Assembly (NCBI GenBank): GCA_963815195.1
Contig: CAWFGE010000020.1
Span: forward strand, 96,001 to 160,000
Direction of reading: 5' to 3'
DNA: 64,000 nucleotides
Origin: an uncultured Planctomycetaceae bacterium
Lineage (GTDB): Bacteria; Planctomycetota; Planctomycetia; Planctomycetales; Planctomycetaceae
A program made the translations under genes and the position numbers. The notes beneath the pieces were generated by a model. That model was not told the origin of the DNA and ran no database searches. It was given only the letters and a program-made list of their open reading frames with translations. This document shows, piece after piece, positions 40,713 to 53,139 of the stretch (within the stretch, counting starts at the first letter, position 1; each line of letters starts with the position of its first letter).

Positions 40713-43700
40713 CTAGTCGTTGGGGATTTTGTGGAGCGTATAATGGGCGGCGTCGGGAAAGAGGGGGGCTTCTTTCGATGAGGCCAGGCGGCTCAAGCTG
40801 ATTTCATAGACATAGCCTTCGCGGCGGCCGGCGAGTTTTAGCGACACCGTGCGGCCGTCTTTGTGCAAACTCGCAGATTGGACTTGGAGTTTGTGCCGAC
40901 TGGAATCCGGCGTGGCATAGCCGCCTTTCCAGATGCGGGTATAGCCTGAGATGTCATAATTCTCCGGATTGCCGGCGGCAGGGGAGCCTATGGGTTTTAA
41001 GAACTCCACGTCAAAACCTGCGGGCGTCGCGCGGACTTCGCGGATGCCGTTACTTGGAAATGTTTTCGTCGGCGTAAGTCGAACGATGTCGCCGGTGTTT
41101 TGTCCGCCGAGCCAGCCGCTGTCGTGAATGCTGCCGATGTAGATGTCGCCGTCGGGAGCGACGCCGCCGTACAGCGGGCCTTGGAAATTGGAGCCGCCGA
41201 CGCCGGCGTTCGGTTGGCTGAACAGGTAGGCCGCCCCCTGATATTCGCCCGCGACTTTTTGAAGCGAGAAGCGAATGAGGAAGCGGGTGTCATATTCGCA
41301 GCCGATGCCTTGGCCGCGAAACTCCGGATGCCCCGGCCCGGAGCGCGGCAGAAAGAACACGCCGTTGACGCTCCGCGTCCAAGGGTGCGGCACCTGAATG
41401 GCGGGTAAGCTGGGTGGGACATCGCGGTTGGTTTCGTGCCGGCTGGGGACGCCGTAATGCCGGCCTTGGACGAGATGGTTGATCTCGTTAAACGTGTTCT
41501 GCACGCCCTGGTTGTCGGTGACGAAAATCTCATCATCCTCGTTGATGGCGATCCCCGTGGGATACCGAAACGCATGCCCCGCCGGTTCGACGGACCACGG
41601 CTCGAAGTCTTTCCCCAATTCGTGCGGCGGTTTGGGCGGCGTGATTTTGAGCACCGTGCCCCGCCACTTCGAGGTTTCGATGTTGCGCTTGGGTTGCGCA
41701 TAATCGCTGCCCAGGCCCACATAGAAATTCCCGTGGGAATCTTGAATCAGGCTGGTGGTCCAATCGTGATAGTTGTCGGAATAACCCCAGCCCGTCGCGA
41801 CGACTTGCCGAACATCCGCCCGGCCGTCGCCGTTGGTATCTTCCAGATAGATTACTTCGGGCTTATGCGCCACGAGCAAGCCCCGGGCATAGGGCAAGAC
41901 GCCATAGGGAGCCGCGAGGCCTTCTTCAAACGCGGCAAGCGAATCTTCCAAGCCGTCGCCGTCGGTGTCTTTCGCTAAGTACACATGACCTTTCAGGGAT
42001 GTGAAAACCAGCGTACCGCGCGGAATCCCCGGTAATTCGCGATCCGTCCAAGTGAGCGCCGTGGGCATGATGGAACCGGGCAGCGGCAACCGCTTGCCCG
42101 TGTAGCCGGGCACCGAGGTGACGGCTTCGATCTCGGCGGAGAGTTCGGGCTTCGGCGGCAGGTCCAAGGCCGGCCGCTTCAAGTTCGCCGAATACAAAAG
42201 AGAAACGGTTCCCTTGTCGGCCAGAACCGAACCGGCGTCTCTTTCGGATTGTTCATCAGCAACTGTCACGGAAGGATCACCGACGAGGCCGGTCCGCCGG
42301 TTTGCTGACACGGCCATCTCATAACCCGCGGGCAATCCATCGAATTGAATCTGCAGTCGCCAGCCGTTCGGATGCGGCTCGATTCTCTGGGAAACACGGA
42401 CGGCGTGCCTTTGTCGTTCCACTTGGAAATTCAATTCGAATTCCAAAGAGACATCGCCCTCGGAGGAGGCCCTATACGAAAGCAGCCGTCCGCTAGCGTT
42501 ATTCGCTTTGATAGGCCGGATCAATGCGCTGTCCGGGTCATTTTTGCGGTGGAGTGCGAAGTCGGATTGTTCCGTGAAACCTTTCATCACCGGGACGCCG
42601 GCGAGGTCCCAGTACCAGCTTTTGCCTTCGGTGCGTTGGCGGGCGAAATCGCCGAAAGTCCAGTTTCTGAGCGTGAAATTGTCCAGATCGAACAGGATGT
42701 TATGGCCGTTGTTTAAGCCAATCGCCATCGCCCGGGCGATGTAACCGCCGCCGTTGTCTTTGGGGTTGGTGAAGACGTCCCGCACGATGCGAGCCCGCTC
42801 GCCGGGTTTGACGATCAGGAGTTGCTCGACGGCCGATGGAGCCGTGGGCGCGGTGAAGCGGGGATCGTTGAGCGCTTCCCACGTGGCGGCGAGCTGCGTG
42901 GCGATGTTCTCGTTCAAAATGCCGGGGACGGCTTTGCGGATCGAGGGCATTTCCATGCCCGGCACGATTCGCTGAGGCGACGCCGTCCAGCGGAGGTAGA
43001 ACGATCTTCGCATCCGCTTGCCGAGCATCAACAAATCCGAACCGCGCGTGCCCAAGGCGACGTTTCGCGGCTCGAACGATCCGACCCGATGGCAGGCCAC
43101 GCAGCTAAAGCCTTTCGCTCCCACCAAGGTGTGCCCGGTGACGAGGGCGTCGGCTTTCGCTTCGGCGAGCTTAGGCTCAGCGGTGACAGGGGCTCCGTCG
43201 GGAATACGGTCGCGGCCAATCGAGATATTCGGACGAGCGCGGCTTTGTCGTCTTTGGCATGTGAAAACCTCGGCATGCGAACTTTGAGCCAGGGCAAGCG
43301 CGGCTGGGGTTGCTCGCCGCTGACGGCTTCCGCGAGCGCGGCGTCCAACAGTTTGTCGCCCACCGCATTGAGAGCCGGCGGAATGAGTGCTTCACTTTGC
43401 CCCACGAGCGCCTCGTCCACGCGGGCCGATTGGCCGGCGGTTTCGACAATGCCCTTGCCGTGATTTCGCTCGTGGCACATCAAACAGTTCTTCTGCTCCA
43501 AAACGATTCGCCCGCGGTCAAATTCGCCCGCCGGTGAAAGGGATCCTTGCCGCGATTTCACATAGCGGATGATCGCCTGCCGCTCTTCCGGTTTGAGTTG
43601 GCGATAGGCCGGGCGGTCTCGGTTGCGGTCGGGCGTTTCCGCAAGGCAGGAGCTTTTCCCATCCGCGATGGGCGTCGATAAATTGGGCAGCTTCGCGGCG

Positions 43701-44878
43701 GCGTTTTCCACTTGAGGAATCCGATGACACGCAGCACACCGGGCGGCTTCGACGAGCTTCTTGCCGGCGTCCGCCAGCTTGCGGGACGGTTTGGATGTGG
43801 GATTTCCTTGGTCTTTCTTCTCAACTTGGCTCGAGAGGAAAATCGCCAACTGCCGGCGTTCGGCGTCCGCAAGTTTCACCACCGGCATGCGGTGATCGGG
43901 GTTCAGTTTCTCCGGCGATTTGAGCCAGGCAAACAGCCAGGCTTCGCTCCGCTTCCGGCCGGCATTGCTCAAGTCCCCGCCGCCGAACGGACCGGTTTGG
44001 CCTTCGTCTTTTAATGTATGACAGGCCAGGCAACCGACGGAGCGAAACGCAATCTGCCCCTGACGGGCATCGGCGGCGCGGTCTTTGGTTTTCACAGAAG
44101 ACAGCTTCGCCGACTCGCCCGCTTCCTCGAGAAACGCGGCGATTTGCTCGGCCTGTTCCCGCGAGAAACCAAAGTCGGGCATCTTGCCGCCGGGCGGCGC
44201 GTGCGGCTCTTGGATTTTTTGAACGAGCCAGTCGCGGCCGGTGCCGGTTTTTAAGTGCGTCAAGGCGGGAGCGCTGGGGGCCAATTCGTCCGATTCCCTT
44301 TGATGACAGCGATTGCATCGGAAGGCGGCGAACAGCGTGCGGCCGATGTCCCGTTCTTTCAACTCCGGATGGCCGCCGTCGTGGAACAATAACAGCGGCG
44401 GCAACGGTTCGAGCGGGAAACTGTCTGACGACCAGAACAACCGCACGTGGGCGTCTTTGGACGTTTTGCGAAACTTAACGGCAAGGGGCTTGTCGCCGAA
44501 CCGCAGTTCGAAGGGTTTTCCGGAAATCCAGCCCGGCGAGTTTTGCCGGCCCGATAGCAGCGTCTGGCCGTCGAGAGCGACTTCCACCTCGCCCTGCACG
44601 AACGCGTGCAGTTGATGGATCCCGGCCTTTCGCACCAACAGCCGGCCTTTCCAGTGGGCGGAAAAGGGACCGGCCGGCAGCCGAGCGTCCGGGGCCGATG
44701 TTCCCCACTCGAACGCGACCGCGGGATCGATTCGCGCGACGGTTTTGCCGTTGGCGGAATATTCGGCGAGCAGTCCCGGCGGAAAATCCTCGTCTTCCCC
44801 CGGTTGTGCCCCTGCGAATTGCGCTCCCCAAAGCAAGAACGCACAACCAATCAAAGTGCATCGCAGCATCAATCTCAT
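40713..44878 (-). CDS. Large secreted PA14 + multi-haem cytochrome c + dehydrogenase-like beta-propeller protein; frameshift(s) at ~43150-43230
   Basis: PA14-like FSAHWKG; CxxCH at CNRCH, CLACH, CAACH, CLMCH, CVACH; DTDGDG, FRYPTG, TDNQG, GRHYG propeller motifs. Confidence 0.82.
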
Positions 44879-45043
44879 CCTCTGTCAAACAGCGAGAAAC
44901 AGCAGCGAACCATTATAGAGTTCATCCCCTGCAAACATCAAAACCAGGGCCGGTGCAAACCGCAATTCCCTCACCGGTTGTTTTTGAGCTACAATTGGAA
45001 TGTGGTTGGTTGTTCCCCGTGCATGCTTCGAGGAGGCGATGGA

Positions 45044-45610
45044 ATGAAACGCCGATTTGTGTTAATGAGCCTGGTCGTTGTGTCCGCTTTGACCGCCCGC
45101 GGCATGGCACAGGAGCCTGCCTCCAACAACCAACGCTCGAAAAAGCGGCTCGAGATGCAATTGGAGTATGAAACGGCGCGGGTGAAACTCTTCGAGGAGC
45201 AGGTGAAGTTGCTTAAGGATCTCCAAGAGACGGAGACGGAAGAAGCCCTGGCGAACAATGCGGGCCGTAACCTGGAGAAGAACGTTCTGGCGGCCCGGGT
45301 CAAGGGAAGCGCGGCCGCCGTGGAATATCCCAAGGCCAATCTGGACCGCGTCAAAAGGCTTTATGAACGGAGCGCCATCTCGCAAGCGGAGTATGACGAG
45401 GCCCGGCAAAACGTCACGCGCTCCGAAGCCGCCCAGTTGGAAGCCCTCGCCGCCGTCGAGCAAAAGCAGCAGGAGATCACCGCGGCGGAGTTGACATTGA
45501 AGCGGCGGCAAATTCAAAGCCTGCTCCAAATCAGCGAGGCCAAACTCAAGCTGCTCGAGGCGGAATTGCGGGTGCGCGAACTCAAGCTTCAACTCGGCGA
45601 TTCGGAGTGA
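45044..45610 (+). CDS. Exported coiled-coil protein (HlyD-like hairpin)
   Basis: GGAGG RBS, signal peptide MKRRFVL.., RVKRLYERSAISQAEYDEA. Confidence 0.65.
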   Translation: MKRRFVLMSLVVVSALTARGMAQEPASNNQRSKKRLEMQLEYETARVKLFEEQVKLLKDLQETETEEALANNAGRNLEKNVLAARVKGSAAAVEYPKANLDRVKRLYERSAISQAEYDEARQNVTRSEAAQLEALAAVEQKQQEITAAELTLKRRQIQSLLQISEAKLKLLEAELRVRELKLQLGDSE

Positions 45611-45656
45611 CGCTTTCTCCGATTCCGACAATGGTCCCCAAGAAGAGTCATCGATC

Positions 45657-46511
45657 GTGAAACCCGTCTTGCGAATTCTCGTCGGCGTTCTGGCGATGCT
45701 TATCGGAATGCTGGGCATCGCCCTCAGCGTGTTCATCATCATCCAGACCCGCCAAACGTCCCAGCGGATGCAGCGGGAAATTCCGCAGAGTCTGGAGCAC
45801 GTCGAGCAAATCGCTCAATCCGTGCGCCAGCAGGGGGAGACGACGCAAAAAGTTCTGGAGACCACGCGGGACCGAGTGAACTTTCTCGGCGAGACGATTG
45901 AGAGTCTTTCGACCAGGCTCAGTCAGCGCGATGCGAAGGCGTCCTTATTGACGTCGATTGACGACGACATCGACAAACAACTCGACAACGCCAAGCAGTT
46001 CGTGTTTTCCATGCAGAACAGCATGCGAAACATGGGCAGCACGTTGATGCTCTTCGATTCCATGTCCATCTTCGGCCCGCAGCGTTTCGCCGGCGCCGCG
46101 GAGAACGCCACGCTCAATGCCGAGAATCCGCTCAGAGCCGTCGCCACGGGGTTGACGCAGACGGCGGATTTGCTCGACCAGGTGACCGACGCGATTTCCA
46201 AACTCCAAAACGGGGAAACGATCACGCCGCCTCAACTCGTGGTCATCCAGCAAACGCTTCGGCAGGTGGACGGGGAACTCGTCAAAATCAAATCCGAGGT
46301 GAAGCATTTTTCCGAAGAAGTCGGCCAGACGGAGGATAAAATCACCAAGGTCAAGGAAGACTCCCCCCGCTGGATTCGCTCGTCGGCCAACGTGATTATG
46401 CTGTTCATGTTTTGCTTCGGCTGTTCGCAGCTCATGCTCTCCGGCTACGGAATCGGATTGATCTGGCGGACGCGGATCATTGGGGATTCTCAAATGGCCA
46501 AAGTAGAATGA
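45657..46511 (+). CDS. Hypothetical membrane-anchored coiled-coil protein
   Basis: TM helices at both ends flanking a long helical region. Confidence 0.65.
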   Translation: MKPVLRILVGVLAMLIGMLGIALSVFIIIQTRQTSQRMQREIPQSLEHVEQIAQSVRQQGETTQKVLETTRDRVNFLGETIESLSTRLSQRDAKASLLTSIDDDIDKQLDNAKQFVFSMQNSMRNMGSTLMLFDSMSIFGPQRFAGAAENATLNAENPLRAVATGLTQTADLLDQVTDAISKLQNGETITPPQLVVIQQTLRQVDGELVKIKSEVKHFSEEVGQTEDKITKVKEDSPRWIRSSANVIMLFMFCFGCSQLMLSGYGIGLIWRTRIIGDSQMAKVE

Positions 46512-46625
46512 GATCGTAAAACGGATTGGCCGGCACGCGCTCGCGTCCGGTTCAGCAAAGGCCTGAAACATCACATAAACCGGGGCTACGCCCGGCGGCT
46601 CATTCTTGTGGAAAGCGTCTCGCGC

Positions 46626-47423
46626 ATGGCGGACATTTTATTGACCAACGCCCTCGCCATCGGCTTGATGATGGCGTTTGTGTGGCTGCTCAGCTTGCCT
46701 CTGAAAGATGCGAGCATTGTGGATATGTTCTGGGGCCTGGGGTTTGTCCTCGTCGCCTGGACCACTTGGGGGCAGGCTCCGGGCGATCCCGCGCGGAAAC
46801 TGCTCATCGCGGTTCTGGTGACGATTTGGGGCGCAAGGCTCAGCGGGTACATTGCGTGGCGAAACATCGGGCACGGAGAGGATCCGCGCTATCAAGCCAT
46901 GCGCGAAAAAGCCGGGCCTCGTTTTCCGCTGTTGAGCCTGGTTCGCGTGTTTCTTTTGCAAGGCGTGGTGATGTGGATCGTCTCGCTGCCCATCCAAGCG
47001 GGGCAAGTCCCCGCCGATCGCCCGGCTCCGACCTGGCTCGATTGGCTCGGTCTCGCATGTTGGGGTGTCGGCGTGTTTTTTGAAGGCGTGGGAGATTTTC
47101 AGCTTGCCCGCTTCAAATCCAATCCGGAAAACAGAGGCCGGGTCCTCAATCACGGGCTCTGGCGGTACACCCGGCATCCGAATTACTTTGGGGATTTCCT
47201 GATGTGGTGGGGCTTGTATCTCATCGCGCTCGCGGCGGCTCCGGCGGCGAACTGGTGGACGGCGGTCGGTCCGTTTATCATGTCGTTTTTCCTGATGCGA
47301 GTTTCGGGGGTGACGCTTCTGGAGAAATCGCTGAAAGAATCCAAAGGCCCCGCTTACGAAGATTACATCCGCCGCACAAATGCGTTTTTCCCCGGCCCGC
47401 CCAAACCGGAGTCGGCCGGATAA
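46626..47423 (+). CDS. DUF1295 (steroid 5-alpha-reductase-like) membrane protein
   Basis: SIVDMFWG, WGARLS, EDPRY, GLWRYTRHPNYFG, SGVTLLE. Confidence 0.88.
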   Translation: MADILLTNALAIGLMMAFVWLLSLPLKDASIVDMFWGLGFVLVAWTTWGQAPGDPARKLLIAVLVTIWGARLSGYIAWRNIGHGEDPRYQAMREKAGPRFPLLSLVRVFLLQGVVMWIVSLPIQAGQVPADRPAPTWLDWLGLACWGVGVFFEGVGDFQLARFKSNPENRGRVLNHGLWRYTRHPNYFGDFLMWWGLYLIALAAAPAANWWTAVGPFIMSFFLMRVSGVTLLEKSLKESKGPAYEDYIRRTNAFFPGPPKPESAG

Positions 47424-47465
47424 CATCAATTGCCCAACCCCTTAAACCCTGTTTGAGTTTCCACG

Positions 47466-48125
47466 TTGATCGATCTTGTCTTTCTCGCCATTCTCGTGTG
47501 GGTCGCGATTCGGGTCGCGGCGGAAGAGGCTTGGGGCGCTGCGGTGGTGTGCTTGTCGGTGCTGTTCGCCGGGCTGTTCGCGATGAATCTGTTCGAACCG
47601 CTGGCCGAGCTGTTGGAACAGAAAATCTCCTCGGATGAGACGTGGCGGTTTCGCTGGGATGTGATCGCGCTCGTGGGCTTGTTCGCGGGCGGTGTGTTTG
47701 TGCTGCGAATTGTGACGGAACGCCTGGCCCCCGCCAATATCCCGATTCCCCGGCCCGCGGAAATCGGGATCCGCTGGCTGGCGGGCGGCGTGGCGGGGTA
47801 TCTCACGGTGGCGATTCTCTTGACCGCCGTGCACGTCGCTCCGCTGCCCCGGCTGGTGACGGGACAGGAGGTGATCGAAGTCCCCGGCTTCGAGGCCGAG
47901 CGTCCGCAGTTTTTCGGCCTGGGACCGGCCCGGCAATGGCTGAGCTTCAATCAATGGGTCTCGCAAAACGCCCTCAACCGCGGAGATTCCCGCCGGCTGT
48001 TCGATGGGCCGATTTATTATTCGGGAGGCGACACCGGCCGCTGGCCTTCGTTTCCCATCCGCTATGCCGCCCGCCGCGAAGCCGTCACCCGCGCCCGCCT
48101 GGGATGGGCCGGTGGAACCGAGTAG
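47466..48125 (+). CDS. CvpA-like membrane protein
   Basis: MIDL start, four TM helices, AMNLFEPLA. Confidence 0.6.
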   Translation: MIDLVFLAILVWVAIRVAAEEAWGAAVVCLSVLFAGLFAMNLFEPLAELLEQKISSDETWRFRWDVIALVGLFAGGVFVLRIVTERLAPANIPIPRPAEIGIRWLAGGVAGYLTVAILLTAVHVAPLPRLVTGQEVIEVPGFEAERPQFFGLGPARQWLSFNQWVSQNALNRGDSRRLFDGPIYYSGGDTGRWPSFPIRYAARREAVTRARLGWAGGTE

Positions 48126-48302
48126 CCAAACCGAAGGTTTTTCCGAACCGGGGCCGGGAATCCCTTTCCTTCGCGGGCCGGTGTGCGTTAAATTAGATGT
48201 TCCAGCCGATTTTCCCGAGTTGGGGGTTTCCTTCCATTTCTGCCCCGCTCCTTCCATTTTTTCCCGTCTTCGTCCCTTAAAATCCCAGGAGTTTTCGCAT
48301 CC

Positions 48303-49232
48303 ATGAATGAGTTCCGCACGGCCGTGAGAGAAGTCATCAATGCGGGCATCGCGCCGGAATGGCTGGCGACGTTGGGCGTGATCGGCTTCTTGTTTCTCGC
48401 GCTTATCGCCCTTTGCTACACCACCCAGATGGGGATCATCGCCCGCGCCACCACCAAAGAGGCCATCCGCCAGCCGGTGTTTTTCCTGCTATTAGGGATC
48501 GGGCTGGTGTTGTTGATCGTCAATTTCTACCTGCCGTTCTTTTCGCTCGGCGAAGACATCAAAATGCTCAAGGACTGCGGGCTGGCGATCCTCCTGTTTT
48601 GCGGGCTGTTTCTCGCGATCTGGACGTCCAGCACGAGCATCGCCGAGGAAATCGAAGGCAAGACGGCGATGACGCTGTTGTCCAAGCCGATCAACCGTCG
48701 GCAGTTCATTCTGGGAAAATTCGTGGGGATCTTGAACGGCGTGTTGTTCCTCATGCTGCCCTTGATGCTGGCGTTTTTGATCCTGGTCTATTGCAAACCG
48801 GCCTACGATGCCCGGGAAGGCGCGTCGACGGTGACCGCGTTCGACCAGCTTCAGGAACTCATCAAAATCCTGCCGGGGCTGGTGCTGATTTTTCTGGAAG
48901 TGATGATTATGACCTCGGTCAGCGTGGCGATTTCCACGCGATTGCCGATGGTCGTCAACATCGTGACCTGCATGACGATTTTCGTCATCGGCCATTTGAC
49001 TCCGGTTTTGGTGAAGACGGTGTTTCAGAAGCTGGAATTCGTGAAATTCATGGCCCAGACCATCGCCACGCTGTTGCCGTCGCTGGAGATTTTCAAGACG
49101 GAAGTGGTCGTGGCGACCGGGAAGATCATTCCGCCGCAATACCTCGGACTGGCGGCCGTGTATGGAGCGGTCTATTGTGCCGCGGCCATTTTGCTCGCCT
49201 TCATCCTGTTTGAAGACCGCGATCTGGCTTAG
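48303..49232 (+). CDS. ABC-2 type transporter permease
   Basis: [41 protein letters not shown]. Confidence 0.85.
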   Translation: MNEFRTAVREVINAGIAPEWLATLGVIGFLFLALIALCYTTQMGIIARATTKEAIRQPVFFLLLGIGLVLLIVNFYLPFFSLGEDIKMLKDCGLAILLFCGLFLAIWTSSTSIAEEIEGKTAMTLLSKPINRRQFILGKFVGILNGVLFLMLPLMLAFLILVYCKPAYDAREGASTVTAFDQLQELIKILPGLVLIFLEVMIMTSVSVAISTRLPMVVNIVTCMTIFVIGHLTPVLVKTVFQKLEFVKFMAQTIATLLPSLEIFKTEVVVATGKIIPPQYLGLAAVYGAVYCAAAILLAFILFEDRDLA

Positions 49233-49339
49233 CCCGAGTCGAAGATTGGAAAAGGGAACGAGCCGACATTCCCAAAGGATCGGCTCGATTCTTGCAACTG
49301 GCGACCGTTACGGACCGTTTGCGAAAAAACTGTCCGATC

Positions 49340-49403
49340 ATCAGCCGGAACGCGCTAGCGTCCGGTTCTCCCCGTGAACCGGGGCGAGCGCCCTGCGGCT
49401 AAT
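49340..49403. repeat. REP-like doublet, family E
   Basis: Near-identical arms to 1571-1635. Confidence 0.8.
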
Positions 49404-49523
49404 CTAATCAATGCGACAATTATTTATCGAGCGATCCTAAGTGGCATATTCCCGCCAAAGTCGTCAGGATGTGCTTCGGTGTTCGATTCTCAGGCGATGG
49501 CACACGAAACAGGGGAGCTGAAT

Positions 49524-50453
49524 ATGCGATTATGCCGGTATGAGCACGGTGGCAGGCCGCAGGTGGGGATGTATTCCGAGGAGTATGTGCTGCCCTTGGC
49601 GCGGTTGGCGGCGGCGGCGAACGTGGCGATCTCCGAATCGCCCGATGCCTCGCTGCTGCCGTTTTTGACCAACGGAGCCGAACGCGAATCGGTCCGGCAG
49701 ATTCAGCACTCGCTCGCGGAACTGGACCGGGACAAGCTGGCGATTCCCCTCGATGCGGTTTCGCTCTTGGTGCCTGTGCCGTCGCCGTCGAAATTGATGC
49801 TCCTCGCGGGGAATTATTCCAAGCACATCGAAGAAGGGGGCGGCAAAGCGGAAGAACGCGAGAAGACGTTTCCCTATGTGTTCATCAAGCCGCCGCTCAC
49901 CACGCTCACGCATCCGGGAAAGCCCGTGCGGATTCCCGAAGTCTCGCCGGACCACGTCGACTGGGAACTGGAACTGGGCGTGATCATCGGCAAACGCTGC
50001 AAAGGGGTTTCGGAGAAGGAGGCCTTGGACTATGTCGCTGGCTACACGATCGTCAACGACGTTTCGGACCGGAAATTTCGGCCCAATCCGAACCGGACGG
50101 CCCGCGAGAAGGACGGCTTCTTCGATTGGCTGCACGGCAAATGGCACGATACGTTCTGCCCGATGGGACCCTGCGTTTTGCCCGCCGACGAAGAGCGCGA
50201 TCCGCAGACGCTCAAGATGACGCTCCGCGTCAACGGCGAAGTCGAGCAGGACGCGGGCACCTGGGACATGGTGTTCCCCGTCGCGGCGGTGGTGGAATTC
50301 GTCTCCAGTTTCGTCACCTTGGAGCCGGGCGACATCATTTCCACGGGCACCCCTTCCGGCGTGGGAGCGGCCAAGGGCAAATTCCTGAAGCCGGGGGATC
50401 AGATCGAAGCCGAGATCGAAAACATCGGCATCCTCAAAAATCCGGTGGAGTGA
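49524..50453 (+). CDS. Fumarylacetoacetate hydrolase family protein
   Basis: GNYSKH, DWELELGVIIG, NDVSDR, GKWHDTFCPMGP, TLEPGDIISTGTPSGVG. Confidence 0.92.
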   Translation: MRLCRYEHGGRPQVGMYSEEYVLPLARLAAAANVAISESPDASLLPFLTNGAERESVRQIQHSLAELDRDKLAIPLDAVSLLVPVPSPSKLMLLAGNYSKHIEEGGGKAEEREKTFPYVFIKPPLTTLTHPGKPVRIPEVSPDHVDWELELGVIIGKRCKGVSEKEALDYVAGYTIVNDVSDRKFRPNPNRTAREKDGFFDWLHGKWHDTFCPMGPCVLPADEERDPQTLKMTLRVNGEVEQDAGTWDMVFPVAAVVEFVSSFVTLEPGDIISTGTPSGVGAAKGKFLKPGDQIEAEIENIGILKNPVE

Positions 50454-50460
50454 CACGGGG

Positions 50461-50584
50461 AAATCCGAATCTCGAAAAACCGAAACAAATCCCTTCGAAA
50501 AGGGATTCCGGACGTGCGGGTTTGGATATTGGGATTTCGGTCATTAGGATTTGTTTCGGATTTCGAGATTCGGATTTCGGATTT
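50461..50584. repeat. Heptamer-based (AAATCCG-like) inverted repeat
   Basis: AAATCCGAATCTCGAAAAACCGAAACAAATCC pairs with GGATTTGTTTCGGATTTCGAGATTCGGATTT. Confidence 0.72.
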
Positions 50585-50780
50585 TGGGAATCGGGCGGTT
50601 TCCCAAAAACCGGCATTCCAGGGCTTTCCCACTTGGGGGAAGCGGCGGGAGCCGATAATATAAAGGTTGCCAGTTTTTGGCGCCTGGTTTCGATTCGGCA
50701 AAGTCCGCGGTCTCCCAGCGGCCCTTTGCCGCGAAAATGGGCTGGGCCGTCCGATTGAGTTTCCGTTGTCGAGAGTCCCG

Positions 50781-52307
50781 ATGCATCTCCCCAGCCGCTC
50801 CTTTTTCTCGCCCATACCTGCCGTTTGGAGTCTGCTGGCCGCGTGCGTCCTGGCGCTTCTGCCCGTGTCCGCGCGGGCGGGCGACGGTTTCGCCGTCATC
50901 GCGGCTTTGGAAGACGGCTTCGCCAAAATCATCGAGGACGCCGAGCCCTCCGTGGTGAGCATCGCCCGCTTCAACAAATTCAAGACCCGGGAAATCGATC
51001 AATCCGGCGAAGGCAACCGTTTCGCCCCCGGCGTGACTCAAGCCGGCGTGGAAGAATACACCCCCAGCGAATTCGGAGCCGGGGTCGTCTTCGCCCATCC
51101 GGAGCACCCGAATCAAAACCTGATTTTGACGATGTATCACGTGGTCCAAGGCGGACACATCGCCGGCCGCGATTTGCCCGCGACGGATGAACTGATTATC
51201 CACACCCACAAACGCCAGCGGGCGAGCGTGGAGATCCTGGCGGCGGACCCGCGCTCCGATCTGGCGGTATTGCAGATCCGGGCCGGGGAAAAGCTCAAGC
51301 CTTCCGACCTCAAGCCGATCCGCCTGGCGAAGAACCACAAATACCGCAAGGGGCAGTTCGTGGTCACCTTGGGCAATCCGTATGCGATCGCCCGGGACGG
51401 GTCGGCATGTGCGGGCTGGGGCATGCTCAGCAACATCGCCCGCCGGCCCAAACCCGTCGGGCTGCCGCTTGGGGATCTCGAACGAAACAAGCGGGAAACC
51501 ATTCACCACCTGGGAACGCTCCTGCAAATCGACGGGCAGCTCAACCTGGGCGCGAGCGGCGGGGCGGTGCTCAATCGGCAGGGCGAACTGATCGGGATCG
51601 TCACCGCAATGGCGGCCCTCGAAGGCTACGAAAAATCCGTGGGCTACGCCGTGCCCCTCGACGATAAGGTGAAGCGGATCCTCACGGAACTGGCCAACGG
51701 CTACGAAGTGGAATACGGGCTGTTGGGCATTCAGCCGGTCACCGTGGAGTTTTCCGACGGAGAGCAGCCCACCGCCGTGAAGGTGGTCTCCACCGGGGTG
51801 CATTCGCCCGCCGCGCACGCCGGCGTGTTTCGCGACGATGTGATCTATGCGGTGGATGGCATCACCTGCTACACGCAGGAAGACCTGATGCGCGAAGTCG
51901 CGCTGATGGGACCGGGCCACATCGCGAAACTGCAAATCTACCGTCCCGAAACTCGCAAATGGTTGGTCCGCCAGGTTAAGCTCACCAAGTGGCCCGTTTA
52001 CAACGATGAGGAAATCATCGCCACCAAGCCCCGGCATCTGTGGAATCACATTGAAATCGACTACGCGACCGCCCGCTACGACTTTTTCGGACAGCAATAC
52101 CGCGATGCGGTGCTGGTGACGCACAGCCGCCAAGAAAGCCGGAAGAACGACTTGAAGCTCCGCGCGGGGGATTTCATCACCCACGTGGACGACAAAGCCG
52201 TGACCACGCCGCAAGAGTTCATGGAAGCGGTCCAAGGAAAGAGCAAGGACGAAACCGTGTATCTGCGGTTGTCGGACCGGGTGGTTCGCGTCCCGATCAC
52301 CGACTGA
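50781..52307 (+). CDS. HtrA/DegP-like serine protease with PDZ domains
   Basis: TMYHVV (His), SDLAVL (Asp), NLGASGG (Ser), [11 protein letters not shown]; signal peptide. Confidence 0.85.
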   Translation: MHLPSRSFFSPIPAVWSLLAACVLALLPVSARAGDGFAVIAALEDGFAKIIEDAEPSVVSIARFNKFKTREIDQSGEGNRFAPGVTQAGVEEYTPSEFGAGVVFAHPEHPNQNLILTMYHVVQGGHIAGRDLPATDELIIHTHKRQRASVEILAADPRSDLAVLQIRAGEKLKPSDLKPIRLAKNHKYRKGQFVVTLGNPYAIARDGSACAGWGMLSNIARRPKPVGLPLGDLERNKRETIHHLGTLLQIDGQLNLGASGGAVLNRQGELIGIVTAMAALEGYEKSVGYAVPLDDKVKRILTELANGYEVEYGLLGIQPVTVEFSDGEQPTAVKVVSTGVHSPAAHAGVFRDDVIYAVDGITCYTQEDLMREVALMGPGHIAKLQIYRPETRKWLVRQVKLTKWPVYNDEEIIATKPRHLWNHIEIDYATARYDFFGQQYRDAVLVTHSRQESRKNDLKLRAGDFITHVDDKAVTTPQEFMEAVQGKSKDETVYLRLSDRVVRVPITD

Positions 52308-52330
52308 TTTCTCCGCGAAGGGCGAGTCGC

Positions 52331-52810
52331 GTGGCCGAGCCGTTGTTTCATATCGTGCTCCACCAGCCGGACATTCCCCAGAACACGGGCAACATCGGGC
52401 GGACCTGCGTGGCGATCGGGGCGAAGCTTTGGCTCGTCCGGCCGTTGGGATTTCGCGTGGACGACCGCTCTCTCCGCCGGGCGGGGATGGATTATTGGCA
52501 GCACCTGGAATGGGAAGTTGTCGAAGATCTTTCAGAAATCCGCGAACGCCTCGCGGACCGCAGCTGGTGGTATTTGACGAAATCCGGCCGCCGGCTCGTG
52601 TGGGATGCGACGTTCCAACCGGGCGACGTTTTGGTTTTCGGGAGCGAAACCCGCGGCTTGCCCGCTTCGGTTCTTGCGGACAAAGCCCCGCAGACGCTCA
52701 GGCTGCCCATGTACGAAACGGTACGCAGCCTGAACCTCGCCAGCACCGTCAACACCGTGGCCTACGAAGCCGTCCGCCAGATCGGCGGCCTGCCCCACGC
52801 GCCGGAATAA
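52331..52810 (+). CDS. trmL: tRNA (cytidine/uridine-34 2'-O)-methyltransferase
   Basis: [42 protein letters not shown]. Confidence 0.93.
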   Translation: MAEPLFHIVLHQPDIPQNTGNIGRTCVAIGAKLWLVRPLGFRVDDRSLRRAGMDYWQHLEWEVVEDLSEIRERLADRSWWYLTKSGRRLVWDATFQPGDVLVFGSETRGLPASVLADKAPQTLRLPMYETVRSLNLASTVNTVAYEAVRQIGGLPHAPE

Positions 52811-53139
52811 CGGCGGGTCCACATCGCCGGGCTGAAACTGCCATTTGAACCGGCCGCAAACACGCGGACCCCAATTTGTGGGGAACGAGCCGCCTTCATC
52901 GCGCGGAATCCCGTTTCGTTTCGCGCCCTCACGAGTTGTGGGACGGCCAACCCAGGTCGGAAAATTCAAGTCAAAAACGTTCAGAAAATCCCAAAGAAAA
53001 AACCCAGGGGTTTTCCACCGAATCGCCGCTTGCCCTTCCAAGATCCCTACGTCAAAATCGTCCTTTATCGATCAATCCGCTTTGGATTTTTCTGGATGAT
53101 TTGGGTGGTAAATTCTAGGTTAACTAAAGAGGCAGCCCC

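Noticed and set aside
50544..52235. 563-aa minus-strand ORF, and similar long antisense ORFs at 12124-13410, 59051-60034 and 62376-63437
   Set aside because: Shadows of well-supported genes on the other strand
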